64,000 nucleotides of DNA from Styela clava. Its lineage: Eukaryota. The position numbers were made by a program, and so were the translations under genes. Below are positions 53,404 to 64,000 of the stretch, one piece after another. Under the pieces are notes generated by a model. The model did not search any database. It worked only from the letters and a program-made list of their open reading frames with translations, and was not told the DNA's origin. The DNA is taken from the NCBI RefSeq assembly GCF_964204865.1, contig NC_135255.1, positions 8,432,001 to 8,496,000 of the forward strand. The letters are read 5' to 3'. Positions within the stretch are counted from its first letter, which is position 1. Each line of letters starts with the position of its first letter.

Positions 53404-56400
53404 GGGGGGTCTCCAAAATGTCGTGTCCCATTTGTCCCATGTGTCCCATTTGTACCACGCGTACCACCTGTCCCACTTATCCCACGTGTTTTACGTGTCC
53501 CACTTGTCCCACATGTACCACTTGTACCAAGTGTACCACTTCTCTCACTTGTACCACGTGTCCCACTGTACCACGTGTCTCACTTGTCCCATGTGTCCAG
53601 CGTGTCCCACATACGGGTAAGGATCATCCTATTTTTCAATTTCAAATTTTGAATAAAGCGCGCCACCACCATTTTTGTAAATTTAGAATTGTCGAACCAG
53701 ATAAGTACGACTGGTAAATTTTGTATTCCATGGAAATTTTCCGAGATATTGGGGACGGGAGAAAATATTATTTTGACTACATAGAAATTCCATTATTGCC
53801 GATTTATTCAAGTATTTATATCAGTGTTTTATTCAGCTTCAAAAATATCGCATTCCGGGGTCAGTGATACTGTGTGCTTAAAATTGGGACCTTAATTTAC
53901 AAACTGTGATACAAATCCTACAAAAAAGATGAAAAGCAGCATAAAATTAATTTGTGTTGTGAATGCACTCCTTAATAGTTATTTTTGACATCGTCGCCGA
54001 TGTGAAATCAAATTTCTGTCCAAAAAATAAAACCAAACTGCGATATCCGCCGTTGCATGAGAATTAATATTTACTAGTATATACAAAGGGCTTTAATATA
54101 GTTTATCATCATCAATTGGGATGCCAAGCCGCCGAAAGGATCGCGGTGACAAAAATACTACTGCGGCCTTGGATTATGTGAAAAATTAGAAAATAAAAAT
54201 CGCTGCATTGTTGCGAAGTTTTCAGTCTTCAAGTAAATTTCAAAAAATCGTTTCGGTCGACATCCAAAATACGGTTGTTTGAAATGACAACACCCATTAT
54301 TCGGTGTTGTGTTAGTTGAAAATACTCGAATATTTCGACTAAAAAAACTATTTGCCCACCGCTAATCACGACACATGGTAATTATCATTGAATGGCAATT
54401 AAAAATCAAATTGTTTAGCATAAAAATCCAAGTAATAGTTTCACATTTGATGCATTTGATCGGCGCTGCATGCGAGCGTGTTTTTGTACTTATAAACGAT
54501 TTTGACGCTACTGACATCCGCGAGTTACACTTCTCTCAAAATTAATTTTCACGATTTCTAATGTTCTATTTTCAAATGCGGATACTGCTGACTACGGATT
54601 AATGGTCGATATTTGAAATAGTATTTGCAAAATATTCACCATAAACCGCCAGGCACATAAGAGGCGGGCTACACGGAACTGTGGAATTTCGCTGTGAACG
54701 ACGCATTCTTTTCAGTTTAATAAACGCCTTACGTCGTCGTGAATTGCACTTTGGGTGCTCTTTAATTTGGGTGTTTTGAGTTCACCGAAAATTTTGGCCG
54801 CGCCCATGTCGGTACCTATCCGATATCAACCCGGCTATATTCCGGCACTGATACCAAGTCATAATTTGTCACCCATGTCATCAATAACCAAAACTTTTGT
54901 GCTTGCTATTACCAGAAAGCCTATGTTGAATGAAATTGCGACCTGCGGTTTTACTCAGTTATCTTTATCTGGTCCTTCTGTATTAAATGTTGCACACCCT
55001 TGGTTTTAACTACTTAAATTGCTTTGAAACCTAGTTCTTCGCTTGATACTTATCATGTTTTTTCAATTTTCGTCATTTTTTCTGTAAATTTAGAGCAATA
55101 AGAGAATAGTTCAGGTAGTTTGTAGACAATATGATATGTAAAAGTTGATAAGGTCCCGGGCAGATGTTGACATTAACTATCGAACCAAGAAATTATTGCC
55201 CCATCTAACATGAATACTACCATATTATTTATGATATTTTTATGATTCTCCTGCATTTTTCCCTCCGATTTTATATGTATCTGCAATTCTGCCAAGATGT
55301 TTGTTATTTTATTGCAAGCATCAATTGCTTTTACTATTTTATACCAATTTCTTTTTATTTCTATACTAAGTTCCCTTATATTTTTCATCTTCAAGTCATT
55401 CGTACTTGATGATACTAGCCTAGTCAATTTGAAAAAATGCTACAATCACAATTTCTTACATCATTGTGATCATACATTTTTGGCGCACTCACGACAAAGA
55501 ACATAAAGTCATGTTTTTGATGGAATTAGTCTGCTTTACAAGTGCGTCTTTCTAACAAAAATAAACGAATTGCTTCAATTGAGCATTGAATGATTGAGCA
55601 TATACTATAGCTAAAAATAGTATTATTTATTACGTAATTTGTCTACAAATATCTCATTCATTGGAGGCACGTTTTCCAAACTGGAAAAAAATTCATCCCT
55701 GGCGAGTAACTTTGTCCTTTTGAAAAGGAATCGGCTTTGTATTTGCTGTAGCATTACTGATTTCCCAAAGTTCGCTCTGCCTACTATAATACAATGCACA
55801 CATCCAATTAGAAAAAACTGAAACTGTACAAAATCGGTTTTTCAACTAGGACACTAGACAAAGATCTAAGGATAAAATAATTACAGTAGTTTTTATGCAT
55901 AGTGGGGGAAGAATAAAAAGGTTGAAAGATTTGATAAGGGAGAAGTTTAACGGATAAGGTTTGGAATCACATGACTTTTACACCTACATCTTATTCATCA
56001 AATATTTTGTACACATGTATCCCATTTATCATACATACCATTTAACAGATGTTTTGTCCACCAACAGCTCATCCGTGAAATGTTTTCTTTTCATACATGT
56101 CGTTCAGGGGTTTTGTCCACATATATCTCATTCGACAGCATATTTTGTTCATATACATCTCGTTTCCTTGATGAAACAACAGCTCATTCGCGAAATGTAT
56201 TCTCTTCATACATTTTGTCCAGGGGTTTTGTCCACATGTATCTCATTCGCTGAATATTTTGTCCACATGAATCCCGTTTATCATACATTTTATTCACCAG
56301 ATATTTTGTCTATATATATTTCGTTTCCCTCATAAAACAGTTGCCGTGATTATTTGCTCGTTAAAAGAAAGACTTTTTCAGTGAGACTCTTCTGTGACGT

Positions 56401-56953
56401 ATAATATTCAATCCATGGTAATTAACTTAATTTTGTCTAACGTAACTCGCTGTGGCGACTTTTTAAATACATTGCTACTCAAAAAAAAAAACAGATGTAA
56501 TATGCGGACATAACCACATGAGATAAACTGTCTAATTATATTTAGTTTTGATAGGTATGTTTGCAATCTTGCTAATTCGTTATCGCCGTTAGGAATCCGT
56601 ATTTTTGCAATTTTGCGAATTAGAGAAATCCGTACTTGTAACACAGATCCGATCAATGCTGCAGATTATTTTGAAGATATAACCGTAATAATCGCACGAC
56701 GTAAAATCTATTTTAGTAGTAGTGGGGCGAGTGGGACACGTCATTTTGAGACACCGACGGGACAAGTGGGACACGTGGTACAAGTGGGACATGTGGGACA
56801 AGTGTAATACGACATTTTTAAGACACCGGTGGGGCAAGTGGGATACGTAGTACAAGTGAGACAAGTGGTACACGTGGCACAAGTGGGACACGTGGGGCAA
56901 GTGGGACACGTGGGGCAAGTGGACAAGTGTGACACGACATTTTGGAGACACCG
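53404..56953. mobile_element. Non-autonomous DNA transposon with GG-starting TIRs and subterminal 9-bp minisatellite arrays (Merlin/MULE-foldback-like)
   Basis: TIR ggggtctccaaaatgtcgtgtc vs the right end read as ggtgtctccaaaatgtcgtgtc. 8-bp TSD atcgaaaa (53396-53403, 56954-56961). Inverted (tgtcccac[t/g])n arrays at 53418-53610 and 56730-56945. Confidence 0.8.
55980..56335. repeat. Degenerate tandem repeat inside the transposon (ttttgtccacat-based units)
   Basis: Recurrent attttgtccacatg/tatctcattcg/aacagctcat motifs. Confidence 0.6.
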
Positions 56954-57150
56954 ATCGAAAATACAGTTACTTGGAATGACTAAATAAATAACATCGCGAA
57001 TGATCTTTCCATCCATCCACCTAATGCTATAATTAAAAAATTCGTCGAAGAAATACCCGAAAGGAGTTTTGTAATCATAATAAATGTGTTGATAATGAAG
57101 GGGTTAAAAAAGGTTCGAAAGCCTTATGGGTGTGTACCCGTCCTATACGT

Positions 57151-57220
57151 CAGTGGTCACCAAAGCGTGGGTCGCGACCCCAACTGGGGTCGCCTTAAAT
57201 ATTTCTGGGGTCGCCGAGTG
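57151..57220 (+). mobile_element. Left end of an hAT-type MITE
   Basis: cagtggtcaccaaagcgtgggtcgcgaccccaactggggtcgc terminal pattern. The matching right end was not found. Confidence 0.45.
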
Positions 57221-58181
57221 CCCATCGTTGTCTTTTCTTTTATTTTTATTACGTGCGTGACTTCTCGGCTTAACGCTAGATACTTCAAACAAAAAAATGA
57301 ATAACAAGCACGCAGACAGGTAATATCAAGAGCAATTACGATAAATCAATTATGACATCATAATCACAAATTTAGTCCGTGTCAAAAACAGTGTTCTAGG
57401 ACACAAATACACAACAGTGTGCAGTCTGCACTGTTGAGTTGAATAACGCTAGCAAGTTTCGATATTTCGAATTGGAGTGACTTCTTTTTTAATAAGGCTA
57501 TTGCGTAACGACAGTAATTTATATTTTGAAGTAATTCGAATTGGAATAAATTTCAATTTTTCTTCTGTAGCTCATTCTAATATATGTGAAAATATAACCA
57601 CGGTGAATGTGGATTATTGTGTGAAGTTTTCTGCTCCTCATCACGTGCCCACTGTATTTCTAATTATCTCCATCGCCGCCTACATTCAATATATAGTTTA
57701 AAATAATGATAAAAGTCAATATAAAATTCCAGCGGTCTAAGCGCTACCAAATCTAGATACAATTCCTTATTGAAGGCAACGCGCGCACAACTATTAGCCA
57801 TCGATCAAGTTTTTAAATTTGATCTGTATTATATTCGGCCCCATCGCCATACTAGAGGTACCGTAAATGCATTCCTGTTCAGTCTTACATAACTAAATAT
57901 GCTCATTACTGTTGGGTTTGCATGAATATATTAGATACATAATTGATAAATTTTAGCATGAATATAAATAGCGAAAATGTTTGAAATTTATGCATAAAGT
58001 TGTATGTAATTTGATTAATAATTTTTAATACGAAACGTTATTCACAAATGACATTTAGGTCAAATGTTCGTACGTTAGTGATTTATCCAGGTTAACAGTA
58101 TAATTGTTCATCATCATGTGAAGAAAATTATTTCTCTATCATCGTTGTGCCCAGCTTTATACTTTATAGTTCTCTCTTATT

Positions 58182-61100
58182 TTAACGACGATAAAGCGGG
58201 AAAGATGATGCTGTCGACACCCTTCTCAACACCAATTTTCCAATCTTTATATTCCATGAAGTAGCCATCTCTTTCAGCGGTACGAAGAAAAGATCTCCAT
58301 TATCAGGTGGAGCTGACACATACTGATTATTAGAAGCGCATCGTATAATTACTCCACCTCCACATCCATCGATTAGGAATGACCTAAAAATTGATCATCA
58401 TTGCAATCAACACTTCCAAACGTCGAAAGGTATTTCACGTATAGAGATTGCGCATACAAATCATGATGAACAACATTTAAAAATTGACCAAAGCTATTTT
58501 ACATACAAGTTCCACTAAATTTGAATGAAATGTTCTCAAATAAGCACATTTCTTCAACTGCTGTCGATATTACTGAAGGATATTGATAATTTCATTAAAT
58601 GCACAAGGTATTTATGTTCTATTCATTTGATGTCCGCTGAAAAATTGTGAATCTAATATTTAACTATATGACAAATTTTGATTTTTTATTTGTAATTCTA
58701 TTTAATATTAAATAGTCAAAATACCTAGAAATAGCATTTCAACTGGTTTTACTGCGGCTCGACTATTGATGATTCTTTATTCGTTCAAAAAATAAGAGAA
58801 TGATACTTACGTCCCAACTTCTGAAAATTTCAAAGCATCATTCGCTTTTAGACTTCCAACTGAAAACCCTAACAAAAAATTGTTTACAACAGAAAGTGTC
58901 CAATCTTGTTCACTGCTGAGTCCCTCAGCCTGGATTTGTGTATTTATTTGGGCTCCCTCACTTTTCCATTGCAGATTATTCAACATTTGATGGATTTGCA
59001 CGTTGGAAAATTCAATCACGCTGCAGAAAAAAAGACACTTCTCTGATATCTTCAATATAAGTGATCGCCCAGTATTTTGCAAATACAGTATTATTACAGA
59101 AGTATTTTTCTATTCGAGCGGAAGGAAGAATTCGGGGATCGAATAAAATTTTCATATTCATCTTGTAGCTCATTTTCAAAATATGGAAAAGGCTAATCAT
59201 AATTAATGGTGAATATGATAAGTGAAGAATCAATCCCTTTTTCTAATTATTTATTTTTATCGTCCACCACAAGTGCATTCGTACATGCGTCAAAATATAA
59301 AGTTTCCTGTTGAGGTATGTATTTATAAATAACGCTGATGTAATGAGCCAGTGCAAATCATATGTTGGAGCGTCGGTAGTCACCATTTCCAGAATCCCAT
59401 TATTCTTTCCCAGATATCTATCATGCGCGTTTTCAGAACGTAGAAGTAATCCGAGTTCTGGCTGGAGAAGCATCGTAAAACACCTAAAGAAAAAGAGTTT
59501 AATTTAGAGTCAGTTTACTGAGTTGGAAATTGAGATGTCGTGTAACCCGTATAGTTACCGATCGGTTTAACAAGCAACTCTTTCAACTTGACTTGTAGAA
59601 GTTAGGTATTGTCAAAACAAACATGAAGACAAAGAAGAGATATCATAATTTAAAAATTAAATACCCCAATGTCATTACCTCGTGCCGTAGTTTCAAACCA
59701 ACTACACCAGTGCTCGATAGCCTATTTGAAATGGTACACAGTTTTAACCATCACTCAAAGCCTGGTACATCCCACACATATATGTCAGTAAAACTAATAA
59801 CATTATTATGCGAAATTATTGCTAAACTTTTCGCCGTCGTAGGCTACCGATCATTCGCTTAAGCCAGGGTCGTCGAACCCGTGACCCGCGGGCCATACAT
59901 GGCCCGCGGAAGCATTTAGAGTGGCCCGCGCTGTATTTTTCAGAATTGAATAAAAAAAAATTGAGTAAAGATGTGATACAAACGATTTGTTTATTTTCCT
60001 GAAATGCGCTCTACCATCCCCTTCAAACGAGCCATGAGTGCCATTTTGAATCAAAACCAACTGGGAGGAGATATCGATACAAAAAGGTGACATACTCGCT
60101 TACTCTTGCCTATTCACAACTCTATATGATCTTATCGCAAAACAATCGAAGGAATGTATATTATTATGTATTGTTCGGGTTGCCAATGTTTTACGTCCGG
60201 AAATAAAAGAGTTTTTTTTTTTCAAAAATAGCCTGTCAAGACAGACCATAGCTTGTCGTGTTGAAGAGCCCGGGAAATCTATAGCGGAAACTTTAGTTGC
60301 AAAAGCGGGAAAATTTTCGTTGTATTCTTTGGCGCTTGGCGAGAGCACTGACATCAAGTTTACTGCTCAGTTGGCAACTTGACAATCTTCTTGCGGGGAG
60401 TTAATGATGATTTGAAATTACCGAAGAGCTATTGAGGGTATACGAATGGAGGCATTGATTTGTTGGGAGCTGTGATAAAAAAGATCAAGCGTCTTGGCTT
60501 TTCTTTGGCGAAACTTTCGGGAATAACCACTGATGGCGCCCCATCAATGATTAGGAAACAACAGTTTCATTATTCTAATAATTGTGAAAGTTTGGTGTGA
60601 GGGCATTTTTTTTTTCATTAACCTGTAGTCAGTGTAGCAAAACTAGAACATAACTACCATGTTAAGTGGCCCGCGCAATTATTAGTGAACTACATGTGGC
60701 CCTTCGACCAAAAAGTTGGCCGACCCTGGCTTACGTTTACGACATTCTCCACTGTCATTACGTTATCAATGTTAAAGCAAACTCAATAGTTGATTATTTA
60801 TTTGATTTCAACTTTGCTCTCAGATTCCATCAGCCAATTGTGACAACATCTACGCCCGGCAAGTAAGCACAATTCAATCCGCCCGGCTGCAGTGGCCCCG
60901 CACTTCCGCATGCCCCTCGCTTATTCTGTATATCAAATATTATATTTACCTTTATAAATTATAATCATATGGATATGGGTAAACGTGTTTATTTTGACTG
61001 TAAAATAGAATTGCTTTCATCGTGATGTTGGAACTATTTAAAAGATAATAAAATGCAAAATCGAATTCAATTACTGTTATAAAATAGTAATTTTTATTTA

Positions 61101-61935
61101 ATATAGCTATCTCTGTGCAGACTGTGCCCGCCCAATCTGTTCACGCATAGTGCCTTACATTAAAATTTTCCCCTATGACCAAATTCTTCGTGAGATTTAA
61201 CGTTAATAATGTTCGTTTATGCGAATTTGTGATTTTTCGCAAATTAATATTTTATTACGATAAGCATACAGCCAAATCTTAGGAAACTCTAGGGCGAAGA
61301 AATGGACAGTTAACAAGACATTATGTATAATTATATATATATGTTATGCTTTATTTGTGACAAATTGCCAAGGCTAGCGTATGTAGTTACATCGATGCGA
61401 TACACATTTTGAAACATTTCTTAGTCTCTGGATTAGAAACACCGAAATACATTGATATCGCGAGATTGAGATGTTGTGTCCAAAGTGGCATGCCTACTAT
61501 TTCTCCCTGGATCCAAACATTGGCAATGTATATGCAATGAAGACCAATGATTCACTTCCACATAGAGTACATGATTACGTTTGGGGAGGGCGTCACAAAA
61601 TACACTAGATCTCTTGAATTTAATGTATTAACTATGCATTTTATGACCGAATCGAGTTATCACACCATTTATCACCTTCTCATTCCATTATCGTCCTTTA
61701 TATTGTCTTCGTATTCCAGTGTGACGTCGTTATTACTGTTGTTATAAGTTACGTACATTTTCTTCTTATGATCTGACAGAATATAAAAACTCCACAACGC
61801 GGCGCTTGCAGATTGCTCTATTCTCCAATCTTCAGCCTCGGAATTCAATTCAACAGGAATACTATCATGTGGAGACCTGTTGCTGGAAAACCATTTGTTG
61901 CCTTCTCTGTCTGACAATTCAATAAAGTTTGACAT
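58182..61935 (-). pseudogene. Putative triple beta-trefoil-like protein gene, copy 2 (disrupted)
   Basis: Exons homologous to copy 1. 20-codon in-frame deletion near the N-terminus, +1 frameshift in an A7 run (~59030), stops in the exon 2/3 equivalents. Confidence 0.6.
59865..60728 (+). mobile_element. Internally deleted hAT element, same family as 51830-52784
   Basis: TIR cagggtcgtcgaacc / agttggccgaccctg. Degenerate TSD gcttaagc/gcttacgt. Remnant TTDGAPSM. Absent from the paralogous intron (~47945). Confidence 0.88.
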
Positions 61936-62639
61936 GTTTCTGTTGTAGCAAATCTATTAAAAAATATCTAAAAAAATTCGTCGAAGAAATACCCGGAAGG
62001 AGTTTTGTAATCATCACAGATTATGAAAACTGCATTATTTTCAGAGAAATTTAATTATAATTGTGGGTAAAATTAGGCAAAAATCCCGTAAATTCCCCGT
62101 CGTTCCCTCTTGCAAAGTAAGTGCTATCTACTTCGGATCGACCAGTTGAACCATGAATTCCTAACCAATTCAATAAAAAATAGAGAACTTAACTAAGCCA
62201 ACTTCCTCAGCTCACTTCCTCGATCATTTGATTTAACCTACACAGAATCAAATGATCAATAGCGCCTTAGAAAACGACCACGATAAGTTCCGCTTGACTC
62301 AAAGGAAGTCGCGCCTCCTGTATGTGTGCGTCATCATCGATTCGAAACAGTATTGTTTACCTTTTATTCATCTTATTTTCATATTTAGTTATATTGCATA
62401 TTTGTCTACCGAGTTTCACAGTTTGCCTATTCTAGGAATTTATATCGGTTTCCGGGTAATATCAATTTAGGAATCTCACGGCGTGAAATATAATCTAAAA
62501 ACACGATAGAATGATAATATAACTAAGTACATTAGTAAAAGCTCAAACTAACACGGGGCCTATGCCTATCTAACAACGAATTTCACACATGCAGGAACAA
62601 GGTCCTTTCTCCATCATTCATCGAGCACAGCCATTTTTC

Positions 62640-64000
62640 GGTTTCGTGTTCGTTGAAAATATTCGTATAATTCGACTACAAAATCTATTTGCCTGCCACT
62701 AATTACGGCGCATTTTAATTATCATTGAATGGCAATTAAAAATCAACTTGTTTAACATTTAAATCCAAGTAATAGTTTCACATTTAATGCATTTGATCGG
62801 CGCTACATGCGAGCGTGTTTTTGTACTTATAAACGATTTTGACGCTACTGACATCCGCGACTTATACTTCTCTCCAAAATTAATTTTCACAATTTCTAAT
62901 GTTCTATTTTCAAATGCGGGTACTACTGACTACGGAATAATGGTCGATATTTGAAATAGGACTTGCAAAATATTCACCATAAACCGTCAGGCAAAGAGAG
63001 GCGGGCTACATGAAACCGTTGCGTCGTGATTAGTGGTGGGCAAATAGTTTTTTTAGTCGAATTATTCGACTATTTTTAACGAACACAACACCGAATAATG
63101 AGTATTGTCATTTCAAACAACCGTATTTGGGATGTCGGCCGCCGAAAAGATCGCCGTGACAATTTTATTTTTCGGAATTTATTTGAAGACTAAAACTTCG
63201 CAACAATGCAGCGATTTTTATTTCCTAATTTGTCATAATCCAAGGCCGCAGTAAGTACTTTTGTCACCGCGATCCTTTCGGCGGCTTGACATCCCAATTG
63301 ATGATGATAAACTATATTAAAGCACTTTTTATTCACTAGTAAATATTATTTCTCATGCAACGGCGGATATCGCAGTTTGGTTTTTATTTTTTGGACAGAA
63401 ATTTGATTTCACATCGGCGACGATGTCAAAGACAACTATTAAGATGTGCATTCACAACACAAATTAATTTTTGCTGCTTTTTATCTTTTTTGAAGTATTG
63501 TATCACAGTTTGTGCATTAAGGTCCCAATTTTAAGCGAACAGTATTACTGACCCCGGAATGCGATATTTGAGAAAATATTCGTGAATGTGATAGTTGACT
63601 TTTTTATGCTTTCAATTTTATATCGTGTCCGTGTTACTTTCGTATTAATAATAATTAAAAACTCCGCAAATTGGTAATCTCTCTAATACTCAGTGTTGAG
63701 AATTAACGTAACTCAGCTTTGGAATGAAACACTGATACTAAATACTTGAATAAATCGGCAATAATGGCATTTCTACGTGGTCAAAATAATATTTCTCCTC
63801 GTCCCCAATATCTCGGAAAATTTCCATAGAATACAAAATTTACCAGTCGTACTTATCTGGTTCGACAATTCTGAATTTACAAAAACGGTGTTGGCTCGCT
63901 TTATTCAAAATTAGAAAATATGATAATCCTTACCCGTAAGTGGGACACGTGGTACAAGTGGGACAATTGGGAAAAGATGAGACAGATGGGACGAGTGGTA
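62640..64000. mobile_element. Rearranged second copy of the 53404-56953 transposon's left arm
   Basis: 62640-63017 is a direct copy of ~54300-54680. 63022-64000 is an inverted copy of ~54372-53600 running into the gtgggaca minisatellite at the window edge. Confidence 0.85.

Larger units (their letters stand above)
57540..62636. repeat. Segmental duplication unit 2
   Basis: Colinear with 45770-50372. Carries its own hAT insertion and lacks the 49577-50283 element. Confidence 0.92.

Noticed and set aside
53418-53717. Cys-Pro-Thr-rich ORFs resembling metallothionein (also 56741-57016 and the His-rich frames)
   Set aside because: Translations of a 9-bp subterminal minisatellite of a TIR element, present as inverted arrays and open in several frames.
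57035-57080. 45-bp direct repeat with 61970-62015 as possible LTR ends
   Set aside because: No TG...CA termini, PBS or internal retroviral ORFs; consistent with fragments of a dispersed repeat.

Overview
AT-rich eukaryotic (metazoan) genomic DNA with short GT-AG introns. The repeat and intron style suggests an invertebrate chordate such as an ascidian (inference). Most ORF-track entries are exon fragments or noise, so genes were reassembled by hand from splice signals. Contents: (1) an uncharacterised ~15-exon + strand gene (3968-11359); (2) a large - strand DUF4062-NACHT-WD40 gene (NWD1/NWD2-like, ~12141-32549) with a TSD-flanked, decayed I/Nimb-group LINE in one intron; (3) a - strand SLC5 sodium/monocarboxylate-type transporter (34418-43079); (4) a ~4.6-5 kb segmental duplication, each copy carrying a disabled gene that appears to encode three tandem leaderless beta-trefoil-like (IL-1/FGF/fascin-fold-like) repeats; (5) between and after the duplicates, hAT/Charlie elements, palindromic MITEs, a lipocalin-like pseudogene, and a 3.5 kb GG-terminated, minisatellite-armed DNA transposon whose left arm reappears inverted at the window end, bracketing the duplicated gene. 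The triple beta-trefoil family and this transposon-bracketed duplication are the most novel-looking signals. No rRNA, tRNA or CRISPR was found.
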